NCBI GenBank assembly: GCA_002633005.1
Contig: NMRA01000036.1
Location: 788,440 to 852,439 of the forward strand
DNA: 64,000 bases
Reading direction: 5' to 3'
Origin: Phoronis australis
Taxonomy: Eukaryota; Animalia; Phoronida
Below, in pieces: positions 13,399 to 26,806 of this stretch. The notes beneath the pieces were generated by a model. That model was not told the DNA's origin, made no database searches, and saw only the letters and a program-made list of their open reading frames with translations. Numbering within the stretch: the first letter of the stretch is position 1; each line of letters opens with the position of its first letter. Both the position numbers and the translations under genes were made by a program.

Positions 13399-13845
13399 GA
13401 CATTAGCAGCAAGTGACGCAAACGGCTGGGCGAGTAGATCTTTTGGCTCACTCGCCCAGCTGACGAGCAGGGTTTTGAAACCTGGGTATATCCCTGCAGA
13501 GTCGAAAAGGTGTAGCTGCTAGAACTTCATACGCCACAAGCTTTTCGGCGAATTATGCCTCACTCACTAAAACATCAAAGACACGTCTCTACTCAGCTAG
13601 AAACGGTGGTCACTCTCTCTACGCTACGAGAAATTTCGGGTAATCTTTTACTAGTATTTTGCAGAGCGGAATGGGACGATATTAGGGCCCAGAATCGTGA
13701 GATTGAGGGTCCTGAACAGTAATAGAAAAATGTTAAATCTTTGAGTTACGATCGGTACAAATTCGCAAAAGATTTAGGAACCTTAGTTGCGTCCCCTAAT
13801 TCGGGCTGTGGCATATCGGCAATCATAACTGGCTCTTAAATTTAC

Positions 13846-13960
13846 CTCTGGAGCACGAAAGAAGAGTGTCTGGATTTTGCGAAGAGGTGGCAATCTGCGT
13901 TACCCAGCCATTGTGACCACGCAGTGTTCCCCGCAGCGTCATTTGCTCACTATGGGACAT
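13846..13960 (-). CDS. RACK1: RACK1 (GNB2L1) coding exon 1
   Basis: Manual translation [38 protein letters not shown](D), the RACK1 N-terminus; 115 nt ending at donor G|GTAAAT. Confidence 0.95.
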
Positions 13961-14398
13961 GGTGATGTTCTGTGCTTCGCACCGATATGACCAGATTTTT
14001 TAGAACACTCAGTTTTTCGCCGCGTTACGACTGCGGGAAACAGGAAAAGGAAGCTGAGAGTTAAAAGTGTAACCAACAGAGGTCGTTAAATCAAAATTGA
14101 TTTACTTTTTGTAATATTCAAACCAGTTTTATGAGTAAAATGCAGATAAATTTTGAAAATAAGACGAGAATTTCGATATTTAAGAAAAATAATTAAGGTT
14201 CTATTCCGTTATCATTCGTTGAAACTCGTTATGACGTCATGTCACTGACGAGCGGCCATTTTCTCTCGAGCTTTGAGTTCTCGGGGATCACTGATTATTA
14301 GTTACAATTTAATTCAACTGGTTTCGTTTGCATTAACGTTGTACTACTGACTAGGTATCTTTTTTAATTATTGGAACATTTCTACACAGTATCTCGAA
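13961..14398. promoter_or_regulatory. Shared bidirectional promoter, RACK1 / PP2A-C
   Basis: 438 bp between divergent ATGs; palindromic CRE ATGACGTCAT (14231-14240); YY1-like CGGCCATTTT (14253-14262). Confidence 0.7.
14031..14055 (-). promoter_or_regulatory. Probable RACK1 5'TOP/TCT transcription start
   Basis: Minus strand CTTCCTTTTCCTGTTTCCC about 90 nt upstream of the ATG; RACK1 is a ribosome-associated TOP-class mRNA. Could instead be a polypyrimidine tract before CAG. Confidence 0.6.
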
Positions 14399-14515
14399 AT
14401 GTCTACAACCCAGGTGGACGATAAAGCGGCAGCCAAAGAACTTGATCAATGGATTGAACAATTGAATGAATGCAAACAGTTGAGTGAAAATCAAGTCAAA
14501 ACGTTGTGTGAGAAG
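14399..14515 (+). CDS. PPP2CA: Ser/Thr protein phosphatase 2A catalytic subunit, exon 1
   Basis: [39 protein letters not shown]|GTGAGT; 117 nt. Confidence 0.95.
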
Positions 14516-15357
14516 GTGAGTAAACAGCAGATATCTATAAAGAACTAGTGTTTTCCACAACATAAACTTCAAGCTCTTCGGAAATTACAAATTTTATTTG
14601 GTGTTTTAGACTCCGGTGACCTAAAGTCGTGAATAATAATTATAAGCATAAAAAGTAGCTGATTTTCATGTCATACTAATGTCCGTTAGCAACTGCTCAT
14701 GTGATGTCATGGACATTTATCAGCCTTCACAAATATACATGTTTTTCCACTCTTAACCCGTGTTAGTCTCCGTAAGCAGAGTAAAACATTAAGTACCCAG
14801 CTTTAATTATTTTATTGCTTTGGCTTTACAAAACTTGATCGACCCTGGGACATTTTGATACATGGTTCAAGCTACCCTGGAGCGCGTGTTTGAGCAAATC
14901 TGAATGATGTATATTTTTGAGAAAAAAATACTGAAAATGCACAAAAAATGGATTAGTGAAATATGCTGTTTTTAAGATACATTTGAAAAAAGAAGCCACT
15001 CACTCACTGTTTATTTATTATCATATTGTGAATATCAACACGTCCGGGTACTCGTTTGACGTTCGTAAGAAGACGAACGCTGGAAACTTCAATGCTGGAT
15101 GTCGTGGGACCGCGCAGAAGAGGAAATAAGATGGTTCACAACTTTAGGGCACTCACAACTTTAGGACCTCCGACGGTATTATCAACAGTCAAGCGACCTA
15201 AATATTAGACAGTGACCACCATCTCGATTCTAGCTCAGTAGCTGCAAGGTATGACACTCTCGAAAAGGAAATTCCACGGGTGCTTCACTTCAGCCGTTCA
15301 TTTCAAATACAAAACTCAATAAATTTACACTTAAAACAAGGTTTCAACAAACCATTA

Positions 15358-15876
15358 CAGGGCTTGGAATTTTCCGCGTTTCCGCAGATTTCCTCTTTTT
15401 TCAAATGTTCTGTCCACGCATTTTATTACATTTCTGCGTAAAAAAAATCTGATTTGATATAAAATTTCCACGGCAAATTCCTTTCTTAGCGCGGCGTTGC
15501 TGACAACGTTCACCTCGAAAAGCGGAAGTTGCTCTTTATATTTCGGAGGAACGTAAATTGTCAACATTGCCGGGGCATCTGGGATAGCGTGGTGGGATTT
15601 TCAATGGCGTCGCGTGTGATTGTAAACCGCGGTGACAAATACTACGGCTCTGCAGCCAAAAATGTGTGGGGGTGGGAGTGGAGGAGTGGATGGACGAGAT
15701 AAAAAGATGCAGACGCATGCTACTGATGGTGGTAACGTTTTTTTTGTTTTTTTTTAGTCCTACCGATTTTTGTCCGCGAAAGGTTCACATCGACTGTTTC
15801 AAGGCTGGGTAGTAGCGCGCATGTTTTGGGCCACAAAAGTTTCCGCGTTTTTTGTCATTGGTCATTCCAAGCCCTG
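15358..15876. mobile_element. hAT-like MITE with CAGGGCTTGGAA TIRs and 6-bp TSD; further partial copies at 7897-8232 and ~10715-10909
   Basis: TIR CAGGGCTTGGAAT...ATTCCAAGCCCTG; CCATTA on both flanks; internal homology with the other two copies. Confidence 0.8.
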
Positions 15877-15914
15877 CCATTAGCAATTGTTCTTTCTTCA
15901 AGTACCATTCACGG

Positions 15915-16110
15915 TGTCCTGCTCCAGCGAGTATGCAACAAATTTGCAGTCAAAGCACAATAATGTGCCCAAAAACCCCATGTGTACGTTGTACTTTGAC
16001 GGTTTGAGGTAAAGGGCAGTACCGTCCAAAGTACGAAGTACGCATGGGGTTTTTGGGAACATTTTTGTGCTTTAACCGCGAATTTGTTGCGAACTCACTG
16101 GAGCAGGACA
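15915..16110. mobile_element. Palindromic ~195-bp MITE
   Basis: TGTCCTGCTCCAG...CTGGAGCAGGACA; arms complementary over most of the length. Confidence 0.7.
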
Positions 16111-18719
16111 GGGACTCATCTAGCGGCCGTCCTGGCCATCATTGGGACCGCCCTTTTAAAAATGACGGCTTTGGACGGCACGGCCAAGACGGAAAAAAGA
16201 CGGTCTGTTCCACGTCAACCTCGGCGAAATTGAAGGCTAAACGAAGAATTTTAACACTTATTATTAATAAATTTTATTGAAATCTACATTTCATTGTTTG
16301 TGTTCGATAAATATTAAGAAATAACTCTACATTAGAAACTTTTGCGATCTATTTTTACTATAAATGTCACAATGACGATCGGCAAATACTGGCAGCCATC
16401 TTTGGGGAATACCTCCTGTTCTGTGACGTCAAGGTGACTTTATTCGAAACCCCCCGCACGACTAGTGTCGAGAAATATTGCATCCAGCGCTAATTACCTG
16501 TACATGAACACTTAATCTGAAACTGAATAACCCACACCCGAAGTTCTAAGGATTTGCCGTACCCCTAGTGCTAGTTGCCGACGTGGAAGTTGAAGCGGCA
16601 CTCGATGTATTCGGCAGAGCAGCCAATTTCAAATAGCTGAGAATGTACACTTCGAAAAAAATGATACCCGCCAAAATTCTAGCTCTGACCTGGCGTACAA
16701 ATGCCATCAATGTCCTTGAACATGCAGACCAGATAAAACTTAGGGCAAACATCCTTAATTTGTTCGCATAGTTCCATTGCAACTCGAGTGAATGAATGAA
16801 AAAATAACAAAAATTCCGCACGCGACCGAATGACGTATATTGATGCACGGGAATGTAGTACAAACTTCACGAGAAAAAATGTGGTGTGTTATGTTGGTTA
16901 CGTTTTCAATGACTTACTTATCATGAAAGTAAAAGCCTCGAAATACTTCTTTTTGTGGAATTCCATGATTGTTGGGCGATTCGAGTTGATCCTCTCTGTG
17001 TGGCACCACTTGCCATATATGTAAAAAGTAGGTCAGTCAGTCACGTGCACAGCACCTATTACTTTGGCTGTGAAACAGGCCGGGCTTTGGCTCTTAAAAC
17101 TGCAAGAAAAGAATCGTTCTTTTCAAGAATAAATTTCTAGTAGCATCAGTACTATGAAAGACTGTGATTGTCTTTCGACCTGGTCAGTTTCAATTCAGCA
17201 AAGCATCCACTTATAATGCACTGCAGAAGACGTTAACAACTAAAATGTCCCCGGCGACCACTGGCGATGCTCGTAGCCAAACGACTTGAAATTTGCGAGT
17301 AAAGTGCTCGGAAAAACGTTTATAAAACTTAAGAATACGAGCGCCAAATTCAAAAATTGAAGTTTTTACGTTTTTTTTGGTCACGATCTTTTACGAAGCC
17401 AAGTCTGGGTATACTAGCGCGAGTGCACATATGCTGTCACTCTTATTTTCCAGCTGAGATTTTCGCCGGTGTTGAGCACTGGCGGTCCTGAGTTGTGAAT
17501 TTGTTGAGGATATGGTCTTGTTCAGTGTTGACTCGTGAATCATGACAGCGTTTTCCCGTTTAGTGACTTTACCAGACGAAGTTGGTTCTGAGCGTGTGAT
17601 AACATCTAGCTTCTTTGTTAACTGCCAAGCAAAGTCTAGTTTGTCTGTTATGACAACAGACATGCCAATTATCTACCAGGCTTATTACAGACCACGTGTG
17701 AACACCGTCAAACCAAGAGTGAATTGGTACATTCGGAAAGAATAGATTATCGTAACTTCGGTTGCAATTGGGCGATTTTGGCTATTCAAAAACTAAACAT
17801 GATGAATTGGTGATTGAAATATGTTAGAATGATACCAAACTCTTTTAGGATAATGACACCCGATTTTATTAGTCTTTTTTACCTCCTGTATCCATATCAC
17901 CTCGTATACGGTCGATCTTACCTCGCCGAAAGGTGTCGCGTTAACCTGTGAGGAAGGTGAGAAACAACGCAGCGATGTCAGTGGTTCTTTGGCAGAGTAA
18001 GTGCTACTGTGGTGTGGTATATCTTTCCCGCTTGTGTGAAGTATGAAGCTGTGAGGAAAGCGGGTATGTTGTTTTTTTGATTTCCTCGAGAGCCCATAAT
18101 GCTTCGGAAGTAGCTCGCAGTAGTGAAGAATGAAAAGTACACCGTTAATACCAAATATGAGGCTGTGAAACTTCTCTGTGTCTGTCAGTGGCCTGCATTT
18201 TGTTGGATGGGTTGTTGACCAGTTTTTGTTTATGGAGAATTGTAGTTGGCCATGAAAACTAACAATTACAATTACAATTACTTCAAGGAGTGACAGCATA
18301 ACATTTTATATTAACCGGCTATTTTATGACTGACATGTTCGTGAGACTTCTGTTTGATCCTCTGGGTGTAGGATGTTTTCACCAGTTTATTTTCTCAGAC
18401 CTAAAAAACGTCGTAAGCACACCTTCTTTAGATGCGGTTCAAAATTAGGATGGTCCGTGAGACACATCTGCGCTTCTCCAAGAATTCGTTTCACTTGCGG
18501 AATTCCGTGGCAGCAAACACAAGCCTCAGTCGTTTTCCACACCATGACAAATCATTTAAATGGTTTTCAGAACTAAGCATATGTGCCATTGTCTGTGCAC
18601 GTTCATGGAGCCTCTCTGTTATTTCTAGATCAGTGTATTCCTGTAAAACCTAACAATCGACCTGTGAAGTCATCACTGGATGAGCACTTGTCTAAGTCGG
18701 GATTGCGAGTTTCCATGTT

Positions 18720-19764
18720 GACGTTTATATTGTGCTTTGTGTTTCAAAATGAATTATTCTCACCTTAACCAATGCTTATATAAAATTGAAACAAAGTCTG
18801 TCTCATAAGATACAATTTGTAATGCCTTGGAGTGTTCGTGAGTGCAAATGTTTTGAGAAACCAGCAATGAATAAATCACTGTGTTACGGCTTTAGATGCA
18901 ATAAACTAATTGACCGGGTGCCGAGGTCGTTGGAGCGCATGCTAATTCAGTGTTTGTTGACAGAAAGCTGTTGTGAAACAATAACTCGACTTTATATCCT
19001 ATGGTCAGATGTTAGGGGAATCTTTATTTAGATATTCATATACATTATTCGAATCATTGCTACTGTACAACTTTTGCTCTGACAGTTCTGTGGAAGGGGG
19101 ACCCTGACTTCGCGGCCTCCGACGAGCTTGTAAATAGATTTGCAGTTTCGCAGCTAATACACCAAAATAATCAGCATGCACATTTTTTCTTCGTCTCACT
19201 GGTACAGTCTTCGTAACTGGATGTTTAGTTTCCAACTTTGGCTGGTTTATGTTCGTGATGTTTTCAGTCCGGCCATTATGGGCTTGATCGGGTTCCGAGC
19301 TTCTGGCCGGGATACCAAGCTTAAAATTACAACATGTTCTCATGTCTGTAGTTCACAGACGAATAGTTTGAATTTATTACCGAACAGACCACAAATTCCC
19401 GCGACCAGCCTTTGTAAATTGGCCTACTGAACTTTGTAGGCTAGTGTACGTTCAAATACCTAAAAATCTGTAACTGCGAAATAAAATAAGACATTTGTTC
19501 AATAACTAGAGGTGTTTGTAAGGGTTTTACACCAACGTTTGATGATTTATTGATCTGAAACGATGAATTCAAGCGATTAGCTGACACCAGTAAGCGTGTT
19601 GTGAACTGCTGAACAGACTGCATTCGAACCTCTGACGTCATTGGCTAATTTCAACACCTCCATCTGCCGTCAGGTATATGGTAAAAGAGCTGTACTTGCT
19701 GTTTTCAAGTGGAACTACTCGGTCTAAATTGATACAAAGTTTTTTGGGTGGCATTCTCCTTTAA
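18720..19764 (+). mobile_element. Kolobok-like DNA transposon remnant (same family as ~38450-39889, opposite orientation)
   Basis: 18740-19340 is the reverse-complement homologue of ~38870-39500; ends GGTGGCATTCTCCT|TTAA. Confidence 0.6.
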
Positions 19765-20572
19765 TACACTGAAATCGCATGACACTTCATCGCATCGCCG
19801 ATCTCCACATCCTCTACAACCATTCATTACCACGCTCCTTTCGAAATCCAGGGGAAACACTGTACTGTCATTGTGGTGGACTAGTGTTGACTGACAGTAC
19901 ATTGTTGTCGACAGTACACTGGTGTTGACGTACACTGGTATTTACAGTGCACTGGTGTCAAATACCAGTTATTTTAAGCAACACTAAAGTGATTTTAAAG
20001 ATTTAACAATCAGAAGTCTCTACCCGTTTGAAATAAATAAATAAATATCACCGTTGCAAAGATGTTTGTAAAAAAGTGTTCGCTACCGTAATAGAACCCA
20101 GCCATGAGCATTCACGTAGTGTTTCAGAATTTCTGTTGTGGAGAACACTGTGCATGTGTTCACACTGCTCCATTTTAGCAAAGTTTCAAACCCTGTATAA
20201 GAAGCTTTTGCAATGAGCTTTTTCTACTTTACAAAACAAATGATTGTATAGTTGTAATTATTTTCTCAGCTGGTGAACATGATGTGTAAGTTTTGTGTCT
20301 GTGAATCTGTGGGAAGCAAGATTAGGATGCTATGTTAGTCATGAGATAGATATGTTTCTCTTTTATAAATACCTGAAATTGACTCTTATAAACAATAATT
20401 AATAGACTACCTGCTATTCATCGATTGCAAACCTTCAATTGTTGCTAATATGCAGAATAGCATGGTCAGCAAGCGAGCAAGCAATACGAGGTTAAGTATA
20501 ATTAAGTAAATTTTGAAGTCTCGTTGGGCAAGTGAAGGATGGGCGGAAGTCTCCCCTGGATATTTTAGGTGA

Positions 20573-20953
<381 letters not shown>

Positions 20954-23112
20954 TGAGGATCTCGAAATTCATGATTTGGCATTAATGAAAAATGTGTCTT
21001 GTCTGCTGAAGAATGCCCTGCATTCAGGTCATATGTCAAAGGACCCCCATCTCACAAACAGCTCCTATAGAGGTGTTTATGACTGCTCTCTAGACACATC
21101 TTTATGGCCTAAATGTTCCTACTGCAAAGAGGACGGCTGACGATGGATTTTCAGACGAATTCGACTTTTGTGGTGCATTTTAGTGGCAGTTTTTTTGCGT
21201 CCATGGCTGCATCATCTAAATCCTCTACATGTTCTTTATTAAATTTAACTAGTGTGTTTACATGAAGTTGAAAACGGATGATAGCGACTTTCAGAAAGAT
21301 TCGATGAACGCTGTGCCCTCTAGTGGCAGTTTCATTTTTGTTCCAGTTTCTTTGAAGTTCCTTGACAATTTTTTATGAAATTTGGTAAATAGGTTTCTGT
21401 TAAAGAAACTATCAACGATGACTTGTTCCTGTTTTCAGATGGATTTGGCATATTTTTCGCCATCCACTGGCTATTTTTAATGTTTCCTAGTCTGTTTTTG
21501 GCGTCCGCCACCACTCTCGGGATGATTTTGAAAATTGGCGTGTATGTTTCTAGTGTGAAGAGGATGGCTGGTGATGATTTTCGGAGTTCTTTGCCTGCTA
21601 GTGGCAGTTTGTTTTTTGGGTCTATGGCTATATTTCCTAAACCCTCTGCAGGATCTTTATTAAATTTGGCAAATGAATTTATATGAAGTTGACTATGGAC
21701 GATGACGACATTTGGACGGATCCAACTACCGCTGTGCCTGCGTAATGGCAAGTTTATTTTTTCCGTTGTCTTCTGCATCCTTGAAGCAACTTTTTCAGAT
21801 ATATGGTGGCTGTTTTTTATTATGAAATTTTGCAAATAAGTTTCTATAAAGGAGATGACAACAGATGGATTTGGCCATTTTAAAAAATTTTAATGTTTTT
21901 ATTTTTCCTCTTCATCCACTAAACTGCTTGAAAGATCATTATTAAAATTAGGAGATGTGTTTCTGATGAGAAGACTGAGGCTGCCGTTGATTTACGGATA
22001 TGTTCGACTGCTATGGCACCTTCCTAGTGACAATTTTGTGTTTCTGTGTCCATGGCTGTATCTCCTTTACCTTTTTGCAAGATCTTCAAGATCTTTGTCA
22101 AATGTAGCTGACGTGTTCCTATGGAGATGGTAACATGTAATAAGTTTCAAACCAGTCTAACTACATCTTTGCGCCCTAGTGGCTATTTTATTGTTTATTT
22201 TTGCCTCTGTAACTTCCCTTGATGCTTTTTCATTAATTTTGGCTAACAAGTTTCTGTTGTGAAGATAACTGCACCTTTCCATTTTGTGATACATTCAACG
22301 TATTCTGCACCAACGAGTGGCCATGTCCATTATTTTTAGTCTATTTTTGTCATCTTCTCCTATATCTGCTAAACCTCCTTGAGGATCATGAACATTGGCA
22401 GATGTGTTCCTGCTGACAAGAGCATGACTGACGTGGATTTTCAGAAGTGTCCAATTGCTGTGGTGCTCCTTAGTGACATTATTTTTGCATCTCCGACTGT
22501 ATCTCTTAAATCCCTTGTAAGAAGTTTTTTGAAATTTTGCTATTGTATTGCTATGGACTACAATAGATTAACAGATTCAACTACCGCTGGGATTCCAAGT
22601 GGCAATTTGTTTTTGTTGCATTTGCATTTCAATCTTTGGTTGGATTTTCATGAAATTTTGGCAAATAGTTTCGAGTGATGAACTCACCTTCCCATTTTCG
22701 GATGGGTTCAATGTATCTGTGGAGTCTAATGGCCATTTTTATGATACTAATAAACACCCCTAAGAAGCACACTGTTTGCAGTACAGTCGCAGGCTCATTT
22801 TAACGATCTGAGTCTCTCTTGTTTGTGATGTCATGAAATGTCCGGCTATGATTGGCCACTAATAATAAATGAGATATTCTTCATGTTATGGTTGGACCAT
22901 ACTGTTATAATATCTGCTCACAATCTTTGTGTCCTGATTTCACGATCAAACTCTAAAAAGTTTTATTTCAGTGCTGGAATGTGTAGGGAAACTTCTAATT
23001 TGTCAACTAGTTTTAGAAACCGTAGCAAGCTTGTATCAGTTATGTGTGTCGGTGTATGTTTCCGCTTGTATGCTTGTTAATCTGTTTATGACCATGCAAA
23101 ATATCTTGCTAA

Positions 23113-23331
<219 letters not shown>

Positions 23332-24118
23332 TAACTTAAATCAAGAAAACAAATTTGAAATCCATTCCGTGTGTTGTGACATGTTTTCCTGTTTGAATCA
23401 AGTAAATGTTTCCATAGTGTAGTGAATGAAGTTACATTTTAATGATTTAGAGACCGTCGAAAAAGTAGTGGCATGTGCAATTTGCAAGAGTAGAGGAAGT
23501 GCAAGTTAAAAACATTGTGTATTTGTATTTTTTACTGGTACACAATAGACTGCTTGAAACTAATGAACTATGGACACAATAATTGCTTTATTTCTTCACT
23601 ATCATTATCTGAGATTTGGACTAAAATGCATACGTGGTATTTCTGATAGCGCCCCTGGCTGCACAGTTTACTTTATTCCCTCAAGCTCCATTTTCCCGAC
23701 TTTTTGACAGTGGTAGTATCTTTTGAACACTTGGGTAAGCTAACCACAGTGCCCTTATTGAGTGATCACATACATCTTTGGAGATCCCGGACAGATTTTC
23801 ACAAAATTTGGCAACTAGGTTTTTATTAGTGAGATGATGTTGTCTACCCATTTTCAGATTTGTTTGGCATATTCCACACCATCTGGTGGCCATTTTATAG
23901 TACTTGTAAACACTCCTACAAGAATATTGCCACAGGTTCATTTCACCGTGTTGCTGTTGTAAAAGATCACTTTTGTGAGAATTTAGGATTTTGTAATGTA
24001 ATGATAAGCGTCTCACATGACTGAACTGTGTTATACATTGTTGACTAATTGTCTACATGTAATTAGTGTAATTATATTAACTAACAGCTCGGTTGAACTC
24101 TTGTCCGTATGTTTTTAG

Positions 24119-24229
<111 letters not shown>

Positions 24230-24253
24230 TAAACTATCACCAATGCTCTCCAG

Positions 24254-24380
24254 GAGGCAGTGTGGCCTAGTGGGTTAAGTGTCAGCCTCCTGTTTACAAG
24301 GTCGTGGGTTCGAATCCCACTGGACTCGTGAATCGGATCTCTAGCTCCTTGAGTTGGCCTTAAGTTATGTATTTGTCTGT
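24254..24380 (+). mobile_element. tRNA-derived SINE head
   Basis: Pol III A box TGGCCTAGTGG (24263-24273) and B box GGTTCGAATCC (24307-24317); no acceptor-stem pairing. Confidence 0.65.
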
Positions 24381-24382
24381 TA

Positions 24383-24660
24383 TATGAGGGTCGTTCAATA
24401 AGTTCTCGGTCTGACCAAGAAAACAAGGACGCTGGTTAAATTTGTTTTCATAACATAGTAAAATTTCATCTTTTATAACCGTACTGTGTTCATTCTAAAT
24501 TAGTACGGTCAACTGCCGCTAGCTGGCGCTGCTTTGAGAAGCAGACGACAACACATTTAGCAGCAATGAGATAACGGAGACGAGAGCCGTCATAAAGTAT
24601 TTGGGTAAAAAAGGAATGAAACCAAAAGATACTCAAGAAGAGAGGCAAAAAGCACGCCGG
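24383..24660 (+). mobile_element. mariner 5' fragment
   Basis: TA+TGAGGGTCGTTCAATAAGTTC mariner-type TIR followed by RAVIKYLGKKGMKPKDTQEE (mariner N-terminal HTH). Confidence 0.7.
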
Positions 24661-25397
24661 CAACATCCAACATCGCCATTCTTACAATTCGCTCTAAATT
24701 TGAGTTGAGAATAGGTGGCTCTTACTGGGAGAATTAACTTGTGTCATTCCTGAAAATATTGGAAATGGCATAGTTGCCAATGCTTTACAATACAGTCAAA
24801 ATCTTCTAGAAATATTGGTTTCAACTGGCCTTGTTGGCTCGTCTGTCCGTGTTCTGCATTGCATCTGCATTTTCAAATTTTCGTGGGAGGACCTTCAAAC
24901 CCTTTTCTCTGCATATGGCGTTGGGTTTCGCATTCTCCAAGACCATTCACCAAAGTGCGCCTTTCGAAACCCAGGGGAAAACACTGGAATCCTATCACGG
25001 TATCAAGATCAATTTTTTGGGTTTGATGAGACCTAATTCGATTTCTTTATTTAACTATTTAAACAAGACAAAATAACAGCTTTAACATTTGGAAGGGTCA
25101 TTTCTCATGGTAGCAATACTGCTGGTGTTTTTGCTACTTACGTATCCAAATCACTGTCTTCAAGGGACACCCGTGTCCCTTTGTTTATTGAAGCTTAAAT
25201 GGATTTATCATCAATTCCTATTTTGAACCAATATGCGGGGTAAAAGAACCAATATGGAGGGTGATAGAATCGATGCGCGTGGTGAGAAAACCAATATGCA
25301 GGGCGAGAGAACCAATACGTGTGGTCAAAGAACTGCTGGCACTTTGCGGCCAGGATGTCTGTCTGGCTAAAACTGTATTTTTGCCACTTATTGTTAA

Positions 25398-25604
<207 letters not shown>

Positions 25605-26480
25605 TAAAACTAGTCAAGTGAGTGACAGCACAGTTAGAGGCCATGTTGTAATCAATTAGGAAGTCTTGAGCCAATTTGGTTTTCTGTTTATCGTATAATG
25701 TCAATAAAGTGCACTTTTGATGGAGTGAAAAATGTCATCAGGACATTTTCTGTTATCTCGAAATTCTATAGTGTTCAGAAACTGGTTGTGGTTTGATAAT
25801 TGTCCGGAACACTTCTAAGTGGCACATTGATGCTTTTACTGCATTTTTTGTTTACCAACATGGTGTAAAATGGTCATTCCTTCAAAGAACTGTTTTCATA
25901 TATAAAACCTGGTATAATGGTATAAAAGTTACTTAAAAACACCATACATTTGGGGCTTCTGCCCTTCCACAGTGGTGGGTAAAATACAAAGATTGATTTG
26001 ATAGCAGGGTCCTTGTGTAACCCTACTACAGGTGAATATGCACACTTGTACAGTAAAACACCCTAAGGATAGACATAACAGTGAGACACCTGTAGGAGAA
26101 AGGCAACACTACTAAGCTAATAGTCATATAGCTGATCTCTGTGTTAAAGTGGAATTGGCAGGCTAATTTGATTTCTTGGCCAAATAAGTTAGAAACATAT
26201 AGCGACAATGTGAACCGTGTCCTAAAAATTTTGTGACATGGTGCCGGGGAATAACACTGCATGATATGGGCTATGTGAGCCCGCGAGGTATGTCATTATT
26301 GCAAATGTCCCGCTATTGCAGAATTATTTGTTTTCACATTTACAAATTGTCAATGAATACAACTGCACTTTGTTTAGGACAGATTATGTTTAAGTAGCAC
26401 TGTCGTTTAGTTCCTGTTGTACATTCGCATGGCTATACATAATATTTCTTTACGGATGGATATATTAGTGTTCAAATCTG

Positions 26481-26806
26481 TTGCAGTATAAGATAATCAC
26501 TTACTTAGAGACGGTGTAGATTGGTCGCAGATGTTTCTACCTGGTCCGCCAGGTCTTTATCAGTGAGTGAGGAGTTTCCCGCCTTTCGCTGGTTAAGAAT
26601 GTTCGAATACACGGTGCTGATATCACCACTCAGCGTCCCTCTTGAACCGGGACCGAAGTCTTCACTACCTCCCGTGTATTCGAACATTCTTAACCAGTGA
26701 AAGGCGGTAAAACTCCTCACTCCTTGATAAAGACCTGGTGGACTAGGTTGAAACGTCTGCGACCAATCTAAACCATCTCTAAATAAGTGATTATCTTATA
26801 ATGCAA
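26481..26806. mobile_element. Long inverted repeat, probably inverted Penelope-like termini
   Basis: ~134-bp arms (26481-26614 / 26672-26806); each arm carries a (C/T)TGATAA-stem-GAAAC(G/A)TC hammerhead-like motif. Confidence 0.6.

Noticed and set aside
13728-13780. Minus-strand hairpin followed by ACATTT (H/ACA-like) in RACK1 intron 1
   Set aside because: No H box, no 5' hairpin and no clear pseudouridylation pocket
10035-13845. SNORD95 homologue expected from vertebrate RACK1
   Set aside because: No matching guide found by eye; a covariance-model search is needed
17793-18299. 168-aa ORF and the many other 60-170 aa ORFs in introns (e.g. 21332-21835, 41132-41581)
   Set aside because: No recognisable domains or splice context; most lie in repeats or antisense to real exons
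24254-24330. tRNA gene (also 31758-31840 and ~47305-47380)
   Set aside because: A and B boxes are present but there is no acceptor or anticodon stem pairing; better explained as SINE heads
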